From positions 694,640 to 758,639 of the forward strand of contig JAWQFM010000010.1 in NCBI GenBank assembly GCA_033442325.1: a stretch of 64,000 nt of DNA, in the 5' to 3' direction. Source of the stretch: Salpingoeca rosetta (Eukaryota; Protista; Choanoflagellata). Positions within the stretch are counted from its first letter, which is position 1. Each line of letters starts with the position of its first letter. Positions 29,197 to 51,043 of the stretch are shown here, piece after piece. The notes beneath the pieces are model-generated. The model was not told where the DNA came from. It worked only from the letters and a program-made list of their open reading frames with translations, and did no database searches. Position numbers and translations under genes: made by a program.

Positions 29197-29870
29197 TGGG
29201 ATGGCGGGCGTGGAATGTTGCTGACATGAGACCACATGGCTGGAGCAGTCTCGAACGCTGTACATTGCCTGTCTGCTGTTGTTGTGACTACCATCTCAAT
29301 TGCTGTTAGCAACCTGCACGGTGGTCTCCTTGCCTCAGCCACCATCACATCACCATGACCATCATCATGTCACATGTTCAAGTTCCACACGCGTCGTGGT
29401 TTGATTTGGTTGCACCTTTGCAATTGCGTGACATGCCTTGTTTGCATTCAATTTACACGCGCGCGCGCACACATACACACACCGCTGTGCAATCACGGAC
29501 CCACAGCACGTGACACGAACCATCACATGACAGCACGCGTTGCATTAGTAAAGAGGACACCATCAACCAAAGCAAGCAAGCGAAGGAGAGAGTGTGTGTG
29601 TGAGTGAGAGAAGGAGAGAAGAGAGACAAGCAAGTCGTGAAGTTGAACGAGCCTGAGTCGTACGAAGAATTCAATGAAGACAAGAGACACGAAAAGCAGA
29701 AGCATTCGTAACAATAAACATGCTGGCAGGGGGAAAAAGGAGAGACACTGATGAGAAAGCGGCGGGTTTAGTTACGTTATCACTAGCTCGCAGCAAAGAA
29801 ACGACGTGGCAAAGCCGTCTCAAAACAACCTACACAGGCTCACACACACACATACACACATAGAGGGGCG

Positions 29871-31017
29871 TCATGCAAAGTGGCTGTGGACGAGGAGGAG
29901 GGCCATGATGGCGGGGAGGTGCCAGAGAGATGTGAGGAACAGCTTGCGTGCCGACTGGTCGTCCCCGCGCGTGTAGAAGTGCCATGCCTTGTACGTGATG
30001 TACCCGTTGATGAGCGTCGAGTCAACTGCAAACGTCCAGTCCGTCAAGCCTGCACGCACGTGTGTATGTGTGTGTGTGTGCGTGTGTGTGTGTGTGTGTG
30101 AAAGTGAGAGCCATTGAGTGAGTCAATGAGGGGTCATTGAGTGAGTCAATGAGGGGCAGTGAGTGTGCGATCGAAGGAATGAGTGAGTGAGTGAGTGAGT
30201 GCCCGTCATGCATGGCGATCACAAACAACACGGTACGGCGCCAGTGGCACACGAAACAAGACGGGAGGCGTACCGAGCGCGGGCGCTGCGATGCTGATGG
30301 GGATGAGGGCGGCACTGTAGCGGAGCGCAACGGCGCGGCACAGCGCAGGATCTGTCACAGACATCATGCGATAGCCAGCCTGCATGCACCCCGCGTGTGC
30401 AGACAAAAGCATCGACACGCACAGATGCACAGGCACAGACACAGACGCGAAGGTACACATGCGTGCACGTGAGTGTGTAAGCTGATATAATCGCTCATGG
30501 AGAAGGAGACACACAACGACAGAACAACAGGGCAGGCACAGTGCCTGGGCATTCAGAAGTACAACAACAACCAGACCACAAACCACAACAGATGAAAGAA
30601 GCACAGATGGCTGCCAAATGTGTTTGTTTCTTTTCGCGTGTGATGCTGCAGCAACAGCTGCTGCTGTTGTTTTTGTTGTCAAACGCACCTTTGAATAATC
30701 TGGTCGCAACTTCCAGCTCAGAGCATTGAAATGGGGAAACTGTGGCAGAGTGGCAAGGATGAGAAAGGGTATGGGCTGACGACACGGCAGGTGCTGAGAC
30801 TCGCTGGGTGCTTGCGACAACGCACGCTGTTCACACGCACACGCACACACACACAAGTACACATACACGCACATTCACAAACATGTGCATACCTGCCAGG
30901 CGAAGAGGATGCCTGCAAGCACGAGAGACGGGGGAGCGAGGGAGCCTGTAGCCGCGGCCCAGCCCATCAAGGGCGGAATCGCACCCACAACTGATCCAAC
31001 CCACTGCAAGCACACAC

Positions 31018-31051
<34 letters not shown>

Positions 31052-31754
31052 CGTGTCACCAAACAGAACGCAATCCAGGGTGAATGAGCCAAGCACCTTT
31101 CGCGTGGTCACACACGTCAGAGTCACATGCGAAGCCCACAACCAACAGCCAGAGCACGTGGTTAGCGCAGCCCCAGCCGCGTACCGTGTTTGCGATGGAG
31201 AGGCGCTTCATTGGGGTGTAGATGCCGGCATAGAGGACGATGTTACCGAGGCCGAGACCGGCGACAATCGGGTTGATGGTGGAGAGGATGCCGACGCCAA
31301 CGGCGCCGCTCGTCACGGCGACGGAGAAGGCGTGGAAGGGCGACATGTCCCCGCGCACGAGCGGGCGGTCGCATGTGCGCGTCATCTGCGCGTCATATGG
31401 GACCTCGATCCACTGGTTAAACGAGTTGGCGGAGGCAACGCAGAATGCGGTGCCAAGCGAGACGATGCCGAGGCCGGCCCAATCAAAAGGCGCAGACGTC
31501 GATGGCGCGAGCGCATATCCACCCATCGTTGTCAACACCACCAGCCCTGGGAGAGTGAGGGATAGGGGGTGGGCAAAGGTACGGCCGCAGAAGTGAGAGT
31601 TTACATTGTAGGCATGAGTGCGTTTGTGTGTATGTGCGTGGGTGCATGTGAGTGAGCGATTGTGCGTGGGTGCGTGGGTGCGTGGGTGCGTGGGTACGTG
31701 TATGTGCGTGTACGTTCTTTGTCATATGCTGTACAGATCCACACGCACTCACAG

Positions 31755-31785
<31 letters not shown>

Positions 31786-32213
31786 GACACAGAATACAGA
31801 CCCAGAATACAGACCCACAGGTTGTGATGGGCGCAGCATGCAGGCATGCTTCGTACCGCTGAGTCGCAGCTTCGTGAGGCGGGAGTAGACGTTTGCCAAC
31901 GCCCTCCAGCCTAGCGATTGTGCAGTTGCAACGGACTCCTTGGCTGGCGCCGAAGATGATGAGCTGTGGGCTGATTCTGTTGCTCTGGTGGGATGTGCAG
32001 CACCATTCAGCGCTGCTGCGTGCTGTGATTGCACTGCTGCCTTTGGATCTACACTTGCTGCTGGTGTTGCTACCGTGATGTGTGCATCAACGTCTTCATC
32101 TTGCTGATGCTGCTGTTGTGGCGGCATCATGGCCGCAGACATGACTGCCGTGGCCGTCACCGTTGTGTGTCCCTGAGTGTGAATGTGTGTGTTTGTGTGT
32201 GTTGCGGGAGTGA

Positions 32214-32260
<47 letters not shown>

Positions 32261-32595
32261 CGTGTGAGTGTGTTGCGCGTGTAAGTGTGTTGCGTGAGTG
32301 AGAGTGCCTGTGTGCGTGTTGCGTGTGTTGTGCGTGTGCGGCTGCAAGTGCGTGCTGGGGTCAACACGGAGGCGATCAAGCGTAGGTGATGGCCAACTCA
32401 ACATGGTGCCATGAGTGGCACATTGGTGCAGTGGTGGGTGGTGCAGTGTGTCAGTGGCTCAGGAGGCACCTCGTGTTTTGCCCTTCGCCTCCTCACAAAA
32501 GAGTTGTGGTTGCTCACCTTTGATCTTGATTTGTTGAGGCAGCCACCGCAGGAGCGACAGGAGGTGCATGCTGTAGCTGTGGCGAACGAGTTCAT
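29871..32595 (-). CDS. COX10: Protoheme IX farnesyltransferase (heme O synthase); multi-exon, start codon uncertain
   Basis: LTKLRLS; [29 protein letters not shown]; [17 protein letters not shown]|[20 protein letters not shown]; WQ|[17 protein letters not shown]|AGYRMMSV; [13 protein letters not shown]. Confidence 0.95.
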
Positions 32596-34747
32596 CTCGC
32601 CGATGCGACGACGACGTCCTTTAATGTAGGTATGTAGGTAGGTATGTATGTATGTATGTATGTGTGTGGGCTCGGTGTCCAAAACCCTGCTATGACGTTG
32701 ACGTGCTCCACTGTGAACAGCGCAAGTGACAATCGATCCGGTGTTGCGCGACGTCGTGGCACTGCTGGTTATTGGTGTGCGCTTGCCTGTCTTGTTTTCC
32801 AAGCACGTGAAGAGCAAGCAAGGTCACATCACAAGCAAAAACAGAAGAAAACAGAGAGGCAGGACGGCGAGGGTGAGCGAGCACACACCGATGCACAGAC
32901 GGCAACCTCATGCAACCAACCAACACCAACCAAGCAGCAAAGCAACCATGCAGCAACCCGAACAGCATGCTGCAGCCAACCTGCTTGAATCATGGGCAGT
33001 TGTGATGATTTGTGAATGACTTCGTTAAATATTCCAACTTAAAAAAACACCATAAGTTTCGTTTTCGTGTCCCTTTAAAACCGCATCGAATCCTTGTCGT
33101 GTCGGCGTGTGCAAGCACGCAAAGTGACAAGCCACGGCGGGCGTGAGAAGGACTCAGCATCACGCGCCAAGAAAAAAGAAACAAAAGAAAGAAAAGCCAA
33201 GCCCATGACACACACACACAAACACACGCATTGCGCATAGCCTTGCTTGCTTGCTTGGCTGGGCCTTCCCCCACACCCACACACCACCACCACCACCACC
33301 GCTTTTCGCCGACACTTTGTTGTTGTTGTCACATTTCACAAGCACGAATCACACTCTCTGTCTGTGCTTGTTTGCGTTCATTTTTTTTCCTGCATCCCCC
33401 AACCTCCTTTTGTCATCATCGCCATCCCCGCTGTGCCGCAAGTCACCCGGCAACCGCCTCCGTCACACAGCAACGCGCGCCCCCTCCAGTCAATCATCCG
33501 CACGCACAACACACAACACACACACAACCGAAACACAAACTTGCACCCAACCAGCCCAGCAAAACACAGCAAAGAGCAAAGAAGCCAGCCAGGCAGCAGC
33601 AGCAGTCGAAAGTGACACACCCCGTGTGTCTTGTCTTGCTCGTGCTTTTGTTGTTTTGCCGTGTGTTTTCCCTCCTGGGTTCGTGCGTGGGAATTCAAGG
33701 CACACACACACATACACGAACACACACAAGACACAAGACACCACCAGCCCACCATCCTTCCGCGGCGTGTGTTCAGCTTCACCTGCTGTTGTTCGTCCTC
33801 TCCACTTTCATCTTCGCCTTCTCCACACCCAGCGACACCAACTCTCGGCGTCGCCCCAACCAAGGTGGGCGCGTTTGGATGATGGCACCAGCACATACCA
33901 ACCATGTCTGTGTAGTTTTGTTCACGATGGTGCATGGCGATGATGTTTCACTGGTTGTTCGTGGTCATGCTGGGCGAGGGCGGGGGGATGAGGTCATGCG
34001 GCGTGTCTGTGTGTTTGGGGAACAATCTGTCGTTCCTTGCTGCAACTTTTCCCCTGCGATGATGGGTGACTTGCGTTTGCTTGCCTGTGAACGTGACATG
34101 GTGGCGTTACAGTCGCTTGGTTTGGTTGGTTTGGGTGGCTGTGGGTGGCTGTGGGCTGGTTGATGTGACGTGGTTGCTCCTTGGTGCTGTCCCCCTCCCT
34201 CCCCCCTTCCTTACCCCACCCTCATCCCCTTTTCACTGCCCAAGCACGTGATGACATGGCTGCGTTCATCATCACATCATCCCCGTCGTCATCCCATCGT
34301 CATCTCCATCACCTTCATCACTTTCCTCACCGTTCTTCACTCACTCACACACACGCACACCTGACGTTTGGGTGTTGGATCGTCTTTCATTCTGCCTGTG
34401 TGGAATGTGTGGCTGTCTGGTGTTGCTGTCGTTCTTTGTTTGTGCCTGTGTTCCCACGTCACCACAACAGAAGGCAACAGCGAGCCACCTGGACTTGACC
34501 TTGCTGGCGTGAACGTGCTGGCATCCCTGTCGCCCGGAGTTCATTTTCTCCCTTCGCCGAATCTACACCAACCTGTCCCCTTCCGTCGATCATCCGATCA
34601 TCCGCTCCCCTATACTTTCTTGGAAGAACACGGCCCAAGAACTCCCGCACATCACACCCTCCTTCACTTCACAAAAGCCGCATCAAGTAGCTGCCCTGCC
34701 CTCGTCTCCTGCCCCGAGCCATCCCTACACTACACCCACCCAAAAGG

Positions 34748-35645
34748 ATGGACCCCGTCATGGCCCAAGAGACGGTGTGGCAGCTCTCCTCACATGGCGC
34801 CGCCGTCGAGCTCCAGGCCCTGCTCAAGACATTCCCCAGGGAGCAAGTGAAGGTGCTGCTGGACAACGCGGATGACCTGCACCGCATGGCCATCCACCTG
34901 GCCTGCTACCACGGACAGACCGACGTCGTGCGGCTGCTGCTGTCCGTCGCGCCCAAGATGCTGCACGTCTGCGACAAGGACCCCCTGCGCCGCGCCCTGC
35001 CCCTCCACTACGCCTGCTGGGGTGGCCACTGGCACCTGGTGCAGCTCCTCCTGGACGAGGGCGCCAGCATTACCAGCGTGGACTGCGTGGAGAACACGCC
35101 GCTCCTGTACGCCGTCTTTGGCGGGAACCTGGACCTCGTCAAGCGCCTCGTCAAGATGGGCTGCTCCTTGCGCGAGGTAAACAGCCGCGGCCACTCCGCC
35201 ATCATCCAGGCCGCCTGCAACGGCCACCTCGACGTCATGCACTATCTCCTGGAGCACGGCGCGTCGCTGAGCGAGCGCGATTCCGCAGGCAACACGTGCC
35301 TCCTCTTTGCCGCGTGGGGTGGCCACCTGCACGTCGTCAAGTGGCTGCTTTCCTCCGGCTGCAGCCTGGACGAGGTGTCAGACTCTGGCCACAACGCCCT
35401 CCTCTCCGCAGTCAACAGCGGCGCCACAGATGTCGTCGCCTGGCTCGTGGATGAGTACCACGCAGACCTTGGCATGCGCAACAGCAACTCGGACACGTGC
35501 CTGCTGCTTGCTGCCTTTGGCGGCCATATGGAGCTTGTCAAGTGGCTCCTGGCACGCGGTGCATCGCTCGACGAGCGCAACGAGGACGGTCTCGACCCGC
35601 TCCTCTCCGCATGCAACGGCGGCCACCTGCACATGGTTCGTCGTC

Positions 35646-35676
<31 letters not shown>

Positions 35677-36944
35677 TTGTCGTTGTGTGTGTGTGTGTGC
35701 GTTTGTGTGTCTATCAGTCTGTGTGTGTGTATGTCTGCCAGTGTGCCTGTGTGTCTGTGTGTGTGTGTGTGTTTGCCTTTGTCTGTGTGTGTGTGTGTCT
35801 TGTGTGCCCTTGTGCTCGCTCCCTCCGCAGTTACCTTGTCTCCACTCAACCCGCACTTCCATCCATCCTCACTCACCTCGTTTCTTTCTTCTCCTACCCC
35901 CCGTCTCTCTCTTTACCAACCACCCACACCCACACCCACACCCACACACTTACAAACATCAAACAACAATAGGCCAAGTATCTGGTGTCCCTTGGCTGCT
36001 CCCCGCGCGTCCGCAACGACGGCGGATACACCCCGCTCATCCTGGCTGCGTGCGGGGGACACATGCAGCTGCTGCAGTGGCTGGTCTACGAACAGGGCTG
36101 CAGCCTTCACGACCGCACCATCGACGGCGACTCGGCCCTCCTCCTCGCCTGCTACTGCGGCCACGCGGGCGCTGCAGAGTGGCTGCTGGACCACGGCGCG
36201 TCCATCAGCGAGTACAACAAAGGCGGCATGACCCCGCTCATCTCCGCAGCAAACGGCGGCCACGCGGGCGTGTGCGAGGCGCTGCTGCACCGCGGCGCAA
36301 AGATTGACGAGCGGGACCGCGACGGATACACGGCCCTCCTGCTGGCGGCGCGACGCGGCCACCTGGAGTGCGTGCAAGTGTTGATGATGTACGGTGCAGA
36401 CACGCACGCGCGCATCAAGCACGGCCTCGACGCCGTCGCCCTGAGCTTTGAGCAGGACGAGACGCGCGAGTGGCTGCAGACCACGCAGGACATGACGCCG
36501 CTGCATGTGGCCGTGCTCATGCAGAACAAGGCGCAGGTCTTGCGCCTGCTGCACCAGGGCCACTCCCCCGTCTGCCTCACCCTGCGCAACGAGGCCGTCA
36601 CCCCGCTTGACCTGGCAACCCGTGAGCAGCCGCTGCTGCCCGCGCTTCCGGCACCGCAGCAGGACATTCGCGTGCTCATCAAGGCCGCCAACATGCGCTG
36701 GTCCCCCTACACCCACTCGCTGTTTGGCCCGCGCACACGCCGCAACGTGATGACTGTGCTGCTGCTTGCCCAGCGGTTGCCGCTCGACCGCCCGGACCTG
36801 CCGCTGCTGCCGGAGGAGATGTGGCACCACATCATTGCCATGATGGGCCGGGACGACGACGACCACACCACCGCCATGAACGAGGGGCCAACAGCTACCC
36901 TCGCCCCACCCACCCCCAACCGCTTCCGCGTCTCCCTCGTCTGA
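34748..36944 (+). CDS. Ankyrin repeat protein (~619 aa, one intron 35636-35972) with C-terminal F-box-like motif
   Basis: More than a dozen ankyrin repeats (e.g. [47 protein letters not shown]). The intron is GT-AG and phase 0. Confidence 0.93.
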
Positions 36945-37511
36945 CACGCGTGACGCGACAAAAGGCGTTTGTGTGTCAGGCAGGACCGGTGGAGGTTGTT
37001 CAATGTTGGTCGGTCATTGTGACCACGACGCCATGGTGCATGCATGCATGCGTGTGTGCGTGTATGCATGCACGAATACAAAAGGATGTGTTGGTTTTTC
37101 TTGCTTTTGTATTATTATTCAGAACTATCCGTCCCCCACCCTCTCTTCGCTCCAGTGTCCTTTTGTTTGTTCCTTTGTGTTTGAGCAATGCTGTGTTTCT
37201 ACAGTGTTGTGTCAACGTCTCATGTCTCTCATGTCACATCACATCACAAACGGCATACTTTTGCTTTTCACTTTCCGCCAACTACGCGCCATAGTGGACA
37301 GGTTCAGCTTGTACATATACTCTTCCAATAAAATCCGCTCCTCAACCCCGTTGTTCGACAAGCCACCAATCCAGCACAAGCAGCGAGAGGAAGCAAACAG
37401 CGAGGCTGGGGGGGGGACAGGAACAAAAACACAAAATGGGGGTGGGGGGTGGGGTGGGACAACAAGGTAGAGCCTTGAGCCCTTCTCATTCACCGATGAT
37501 GAAGACGACCA

Positions 37512-37646
<135 letters not shown>

Positions 37647-37658
37647 TCACAAAAGGCG

Positions 37659-38073
37659 TCAGTTGCGCTTCTTGTATTCCGTGCCGGCATCGGCATAGCG
37701 CATGGGCACGAGCTTGTCGGCGTGCTTGGCAATGTGTGTGATGATCTGCATCAGGCCCGCGTTCAGGACGCTTCGCGCGTCCTCCTTGAGCTGCGTCTTG
37801 GCCAGCAGACCGGGCAGTTTGACTGGCGTAGGATTGGCGAAAGACAAGGTGAGGTGATGATGGCGCAATGCAAATGGCATGCTTGCGCTGGCATGCATGT
37901 CTGTGCTCGAGTGCATGACCTCACAGCCATGGAACATTTCGCACAAAGCGTCCGCGTCCATCATGCAGACGCACATGCCATCCTCTGCTTGAATGTGTGA
38001 AGCACACGCATGGCTCTGTCACCGCATGCGTGTGTGTGTGTGTTGTGTGTGTGTGTGCGTGTGTGTGTGTGTT

Positions 38074-38109
<36 letters not shown>

Positions 38110-38624
38110 CGTGCGTGCACAGGTGTTCATCGACGTACCAAAGAGCCGCAACAAGTGAATGCCGCCGTAGTGGGTGCATGGGTCCGCCTCATCGTCCGCG
38201 CTGTTGAAGTTGTCGTACTGCAGCATCAGGCAGGGGGAAAAACAAGCAGTAAGCAGTTGGTGTGCGACACGAGCAGCAGTGATGCAGTTTGATTGATTGC
38301 AGAAGTAAGTGGGGTGGGGACATTCAAGGCTACCGCGGCCACGGATCGATGGGTGACACGAGAGCACGCGAGATCTCCTTCTCTCACACACCACTCGTGG
38401 GACCCGCTCGCCTTTCGCACCTGCTGCTTCTCGAACTTGTAAAGCAATATTGCCGGCAGACAGTGCTGGAAGTACACCTGAACACGAGTGTTTGCGTGTG
38501 TGTGTGAATGCAACCGCGTACATGAGAGAGGGTTCAAGCAAGAGTGTGCATGTGTGTGTGTGAGAGACAGAGAATGCAGGCGCGTTGGCGAGAGTGGGCT
38601 CAAGCAGGAGAGAGAGAGAGAGAG

Positions 38625-38661
<37 letters not shown>

Positions 38662-39441
38662 GTGTGTGTCAGCCACGATATGTGCACACATGCGCATGCA
38701 TGCTCAACCACATTGCATTTTGTGGTGTCGACATGACGGCAAAGAGCCAAGCCAAGCCACCAAAGCCATGGGCCATGGGCATGGGTGAAGACACTGACGA
38801 TGATAGACATCGCGCTGCTTCCCCCCAACCCTCTACTCCTGTCCTCCAAGACATGTGCAGAACCAAGGAATAGCTGACCTTCACGCCTGCAACGACTTCG
38901 CAGGCCACTTCCTTCTCCGGGGAGTCTGTTTTGTATGACTTGAGAAAGTCGTTCAGTACATCCGACACGGTTGGTCGCGCAGGCAGCTTTGCCAACTGCA
39001 GCCAGCAACATCAACAACGTCGCGTGTGAGCCTGATGAGAGTGTCAAAACAAAAACGAAGGCAAGCCATGCGACGAGCTGGTCGCCATTTGGTGGTTCGC
39101 ACAATGAGAGGTTGAACGGAAACAACAACACAACGGGCACGCAGCACACTGCTCTGGACCTTCTTTGCTTTGATTTTGTCATGATCGTCCACCAGGCGCT
39201 TCTTCAGCTCTGCTGGCAGCGTGATTTTCGCAGGTGCATCCTCATCCGCCGCCGCAGATTGCTGAAATGTGTGATTGTGCGCGTGTGCGTGACAAACTTG
39301 TGCGTGTCGAGCAGAGTGGGTGCACGAGGAATGCCATAGCCACACGGCGAAAGCAATTTGTGGCATGACCGTCACATGGAGTCACCTCCTTGCTTTCCCG
39401 TCGTCCTCTTGTTCGTTTCTCACGCTTGGCAGGCCGCTCCC
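37659..39441 (-). CDS. MRG15: MRG15/Eaf3 (MORF4L1) MRG-domain protein; 5' part unresolved at the N-gap
   Basis: KITLPAELKKRLVDDHDKI|LAKLPARPTVSDVLNDF...EVVAGVK|VYFQHCLPAILLYKFEKQQ|Y...PCTHYGGIHLLRLF|VKLPGLLA; this is the MRG domain pattern. Confidence 0.88.
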
Positions 39442-39589
39442 CTTTGCCATGGCCACATGTGTGTGTGTGTGTGTGATTTGCGGTACAATGGCGATGAGGA
39501 CGCGGCATTCACAATTGCGCGCATCGGCAACACGCACATCAAGCACACACTGCCTCACACACTGACTCGCACACAATACACACACACAA

Positions 39590-39622
<33 letters not shown>

Positions 39623-39644
39623 CACAACACACACACACACACAC

Positions 39645-39744
39645 NNNNNNNNNNNNNNNNNNNNNNNNNNNNNNNNNNNNNNNNNNNNNNNNNNNNNNNN
39701 NNNNNNNNNNNNNNNNNNNNNNNNNNNNNNNNNNNNNNNNNNNN
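39645..39744. other. Assembly gap (100 N)
   Basis: Run of N directly after a (CA)n tract. Confidence 1.
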
Positions 39745-40088
39745 CACAACACTAATTTTATTCACGACACCATAAACGACTTGTCTTTATTTTCCCTCCT
39801 CGAATCTTGGACGGCAATTTGATTGGTTGGTTTTTTCAAGTCCTTCCCACACAAACAAAGCAAGAAGGCACATAGAGGGGGAAAACACACTGCACACACA
39901 AACAACGCCCCTTCCTCACCCATCTCTTCATTCGTGTTCATCTTCTGCCAAAACCAAAACGCCAAGCAGCATCCCTTCTCCCAGCAGCCGAGCCAGCTTC
40001 CGTCTCCCTTGCAGGCAGCTGTCTGTCCCTTGATGTGATCGCATCTGTTGGGTCTCTCCGTAACGCTCCCTGCAAACAACCCACGGTA

Positions 40089-47765
<7,677 letters not shown>

Positions 47766-48541
47766 CAAGCCAGGCTGTTTCACAGGTTATGTTAGGCGTG
47801 GTGCACACACTCAGTGCCGTGTTCCGAAGCTTTGTCTATGTGCTTTAACAAAGTGTGTGTGTGTGTGTCTGTGTGTGTCTGTCTGTGTTGGCCGATGGTT
47901 GGTTTTCTTGTGGCCCTTTTCAGAGCTCTGTCATGCACAATATACATTTTCATGTTGTGTATGTGCATGTGCTATTGCAGTCTTTTAATTTCTACTCGTC
48001 GCTTACTGGCTGGTTTCTTACCGCTTTCTGTTGTTTGACTGTCTTCCTTTGTTCTCACGACCGTCCACTTGGCGTTGCCCAAGCCATGTGTCGTTCACCA
48101 CCTTTTCTTCTGTGCATCGTCGGATCCAAGATCAGACACACCTCGCAAGCTCTCTCCTTTCCATGCCTTCTTCACTGCTTGAATTTGATATGGCCGCAAG
48201 TCGCTGCACTAAACATACAAAACACGAAAGTGTACCGCATGGACTGAAGGTCAAGAGAAACATTGAGAAAGCGGGAGAGAAGCAGAGAGGGGGAGACAGA
48301 GGCAGAGACAGAGACAAAAGATGAACAGTGACAGGCAGACAGACAAAGACAGACAGCCAGAGACAGACACATGTTCACTTGCGTGTCGCATGATCGATGG
48401 ATGCATTCCACACGCAAAAAGGCGGCAAAACCAACCTCGAAGCGCACAGGACACAAAGAAAAACACGACGAAAAGCAGAATCATAACACAAAGGCACGAA
48501 TGTGCGTGTGTGCGCACGCGTGTGTACGTACGTGTGCGAGT

Positions 48542-49980
48542 TCAGTACTGGAGGATTTTCTCCAGCTCGTTGGTTTCATTGAGCTCCATGACGCGATCGT
48601 AACCGCCAATGTACTCGTCATCCACAAACAGCATTGGCAGCTGGCGCGTGCCGGCCTTCTCAAAGACCTTGTCGCGGTCCGCCTTGTCCATGAGATCCAC
48701 CATCACCCACGGCTCAAAGTCGGGGCGGTTGTGCACGCCCATGCGCTCAAACAGGCGCATCATCTCCTCGTTGTTCTTGCGGGTGACGGCGCTGGATGTG
48801 GTCGTGGACGAGTACACGCGGATCTTGCAGCGGCCGCCAAGGTCAGCGCCCTGATGACGGCGTCGTGGTGGTGATCGTGTAGTCGAGGTGGTGGTGGTGG
48901 TGAGAGTGGGTTGGTTGAGGGTGAATACGATGGATAGAACAGTTGATGTGTGTCATGGAAACAATATGAGGAGATGGCAACCAATATTGGATGCATGCAA
49001 CCTTCAATGCAGGCACGTGCAAACGCAAACGCAAACGCACACGCAAACGCACATGCACACATCACACATGCACACATGCACACACATGCACACACACACA
49101 CACGCATACACATACGACACCCACCTCGTACGCGCGCCAGTCCGGGCTGCGCTCCCATGGGGGCGGGAGGCCAGCGGAGGAAGAGTCATCGGCAGGCGCT
49201 GCCTTTTCGACCTCCTTCGTCTCCTCCTCTTCCGCCTCCTTCTCGGGCTCGGGCTCAGACTCGGCAGCAATCTTGCCATCGGGCTGCACGCGCTTGGCCG
49301 TCTTGAAGTAGGAGACATATGTCATCATCGACAGGTCGTCCAGGGCAGGGTTGACCAGGTCCTCAGCCTCCAGCACCTGCGGGGGTACGAAAAGTGGGGA
49401 GGGGCGAGGGAGGTTATTGGGATGGTGGCTGATTGGTTGGTTGGTTGGTTGGTTGGTGATTTGGTTGGTTGATTGGTTGGTTGGTCGGCTGGTTGGTTCA
49501 GGCAAGTAGGGCCATTGCGGCCGTGAGAGCCATGATCACTGACTTCGTAAAGCCAACAAGAGATTGCACAACAAAGATTGTCGTGCAACTCAAAAGTGAC
49601 ACAAATGCAAACGAGGCGGCAACAAGCAGTGCACGGCGGTACCTTTGGGATGGCCAGGTGCTCGTTTGCGGTGTCAATGGCAACCTGCGCATTGCGCTTT
49701 GCGCTCTCCGTGTGCATTTCGCGGTGGTTGGGGATGAGCCAGGGCTCGCCACCTGATGGGGAGAAAGGTGAAGCCAGGTGGTGTTATTGGGCGTAGGCAC
49801 ACGCACACACGCAACCGCAACACCATGCACTGCATGACTGACCAATCTTGTTGACGAGGGCGCAGAGGGCGCGGCCATCGCTCCAGTCCTTGTTGAAGTT
49901 GGAGATCTTGTACTCGGGGATTTGCGAGTTGACCCACTGCAGCCAGCGTGTGCAAGTGCGTGAGAGGAGGGGATGAGGGA

Positions 49981-50021
<41 letters not shown>

Positions 50022-50955
50022 TGACGAGGTTGATGGGGATGATGTGTGAGGAATGGTTGTAACACTCAAAATGGAACAGCAAGCAATAGGTGGCTGAATG
50101 CGTTCAATGATGATAGGGAAGCACCCCAAACACACGGCGGTGGTGCGAAACACACACGCGCACGCGCACCTCAAGGAGGATGTCCTTTGCGCTGTTCTTC
50201 TTGGCGTTGGCAGAGGGCGCGTTCTTGAAGGCGGCGGCAATTTGGTAGTGGTAGATGATGGTCCAGATGAGGCCGAGCACGAGCTTGGTGTTGCCATCCA
50301 CCACGTCCTCAGATCCAATGTTCACCACACTGCATGCAACGTGAACAGCAGTGAGACCGCGGGGGATTTGAGAAAGGAAGCGACATCGTGGTGCACGAGC
50401 GCCTACTGAGTATGTGTGTGTGTGTGTGTGTGTGTGTGTTGTGTGCGTGTTGTGTGTGTTGAGCTGAGCGGCTGCGTTGTACATACGTGAGGCCTTCCTC
50501 CTTGATGAAGTCCAGGGCATGGTTGACATTCTCAATCTCATGCACGCGAAGCTTTGGGTTCTTGTTGTAGCGCTTGAACTTCTTTCCAGAGGCAACTTCG
50601 AGCTGTCACAACAGTGTAGGCGTCACAAAGTTAGTCGTGTTGAACAGAACGATGGATGCAGAGCCTCTCGGGGGGCGTCGGTCGACACGCACAGCGGTCG
50701 CAAGAAACGCCCGAAGTAAGAGCAGAACAACAGCACACACAACAACGAGCTGAACAGAGCAAGGTAGGCAACAGAGCAAGTAAACGTCACGATAGGGTAA
50801 CTACGCCAACGAAGCATCAACGCCGCCACCCAGAGGCATGACAAGCGACAACAACACCAACAACAACAACACCCCCAACAACAACTGAAACAACAACAAC
50901 AACTTCAACAACTTCAACAACTTCAACAACAATAACTTAAACAACAACAACAACT

Positions 50956-51043
<88 letters not shown>

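Noticed and set aside
33231-34747. 310-aa and other ORFs between COX10 and the ankyrin gene
   Set aside because: Low-complexity, non-coding-like composition; more likely promoter and 5' UTR with an intron.
39745-39940. Possible chromo-barrel exon of MRG15 (IAVQDSRRENKDKSFMV)
   Set aside because: Lies next to an N-gap with no clean splice sites or HYxGW motif, so it cannot be supported.
49140-49175. WW domain at GLPPPWERSPDW
   Set aside because: Only the LPPxWE start matches; the aromatic YY/YF core and the terminal WxxP are missing.
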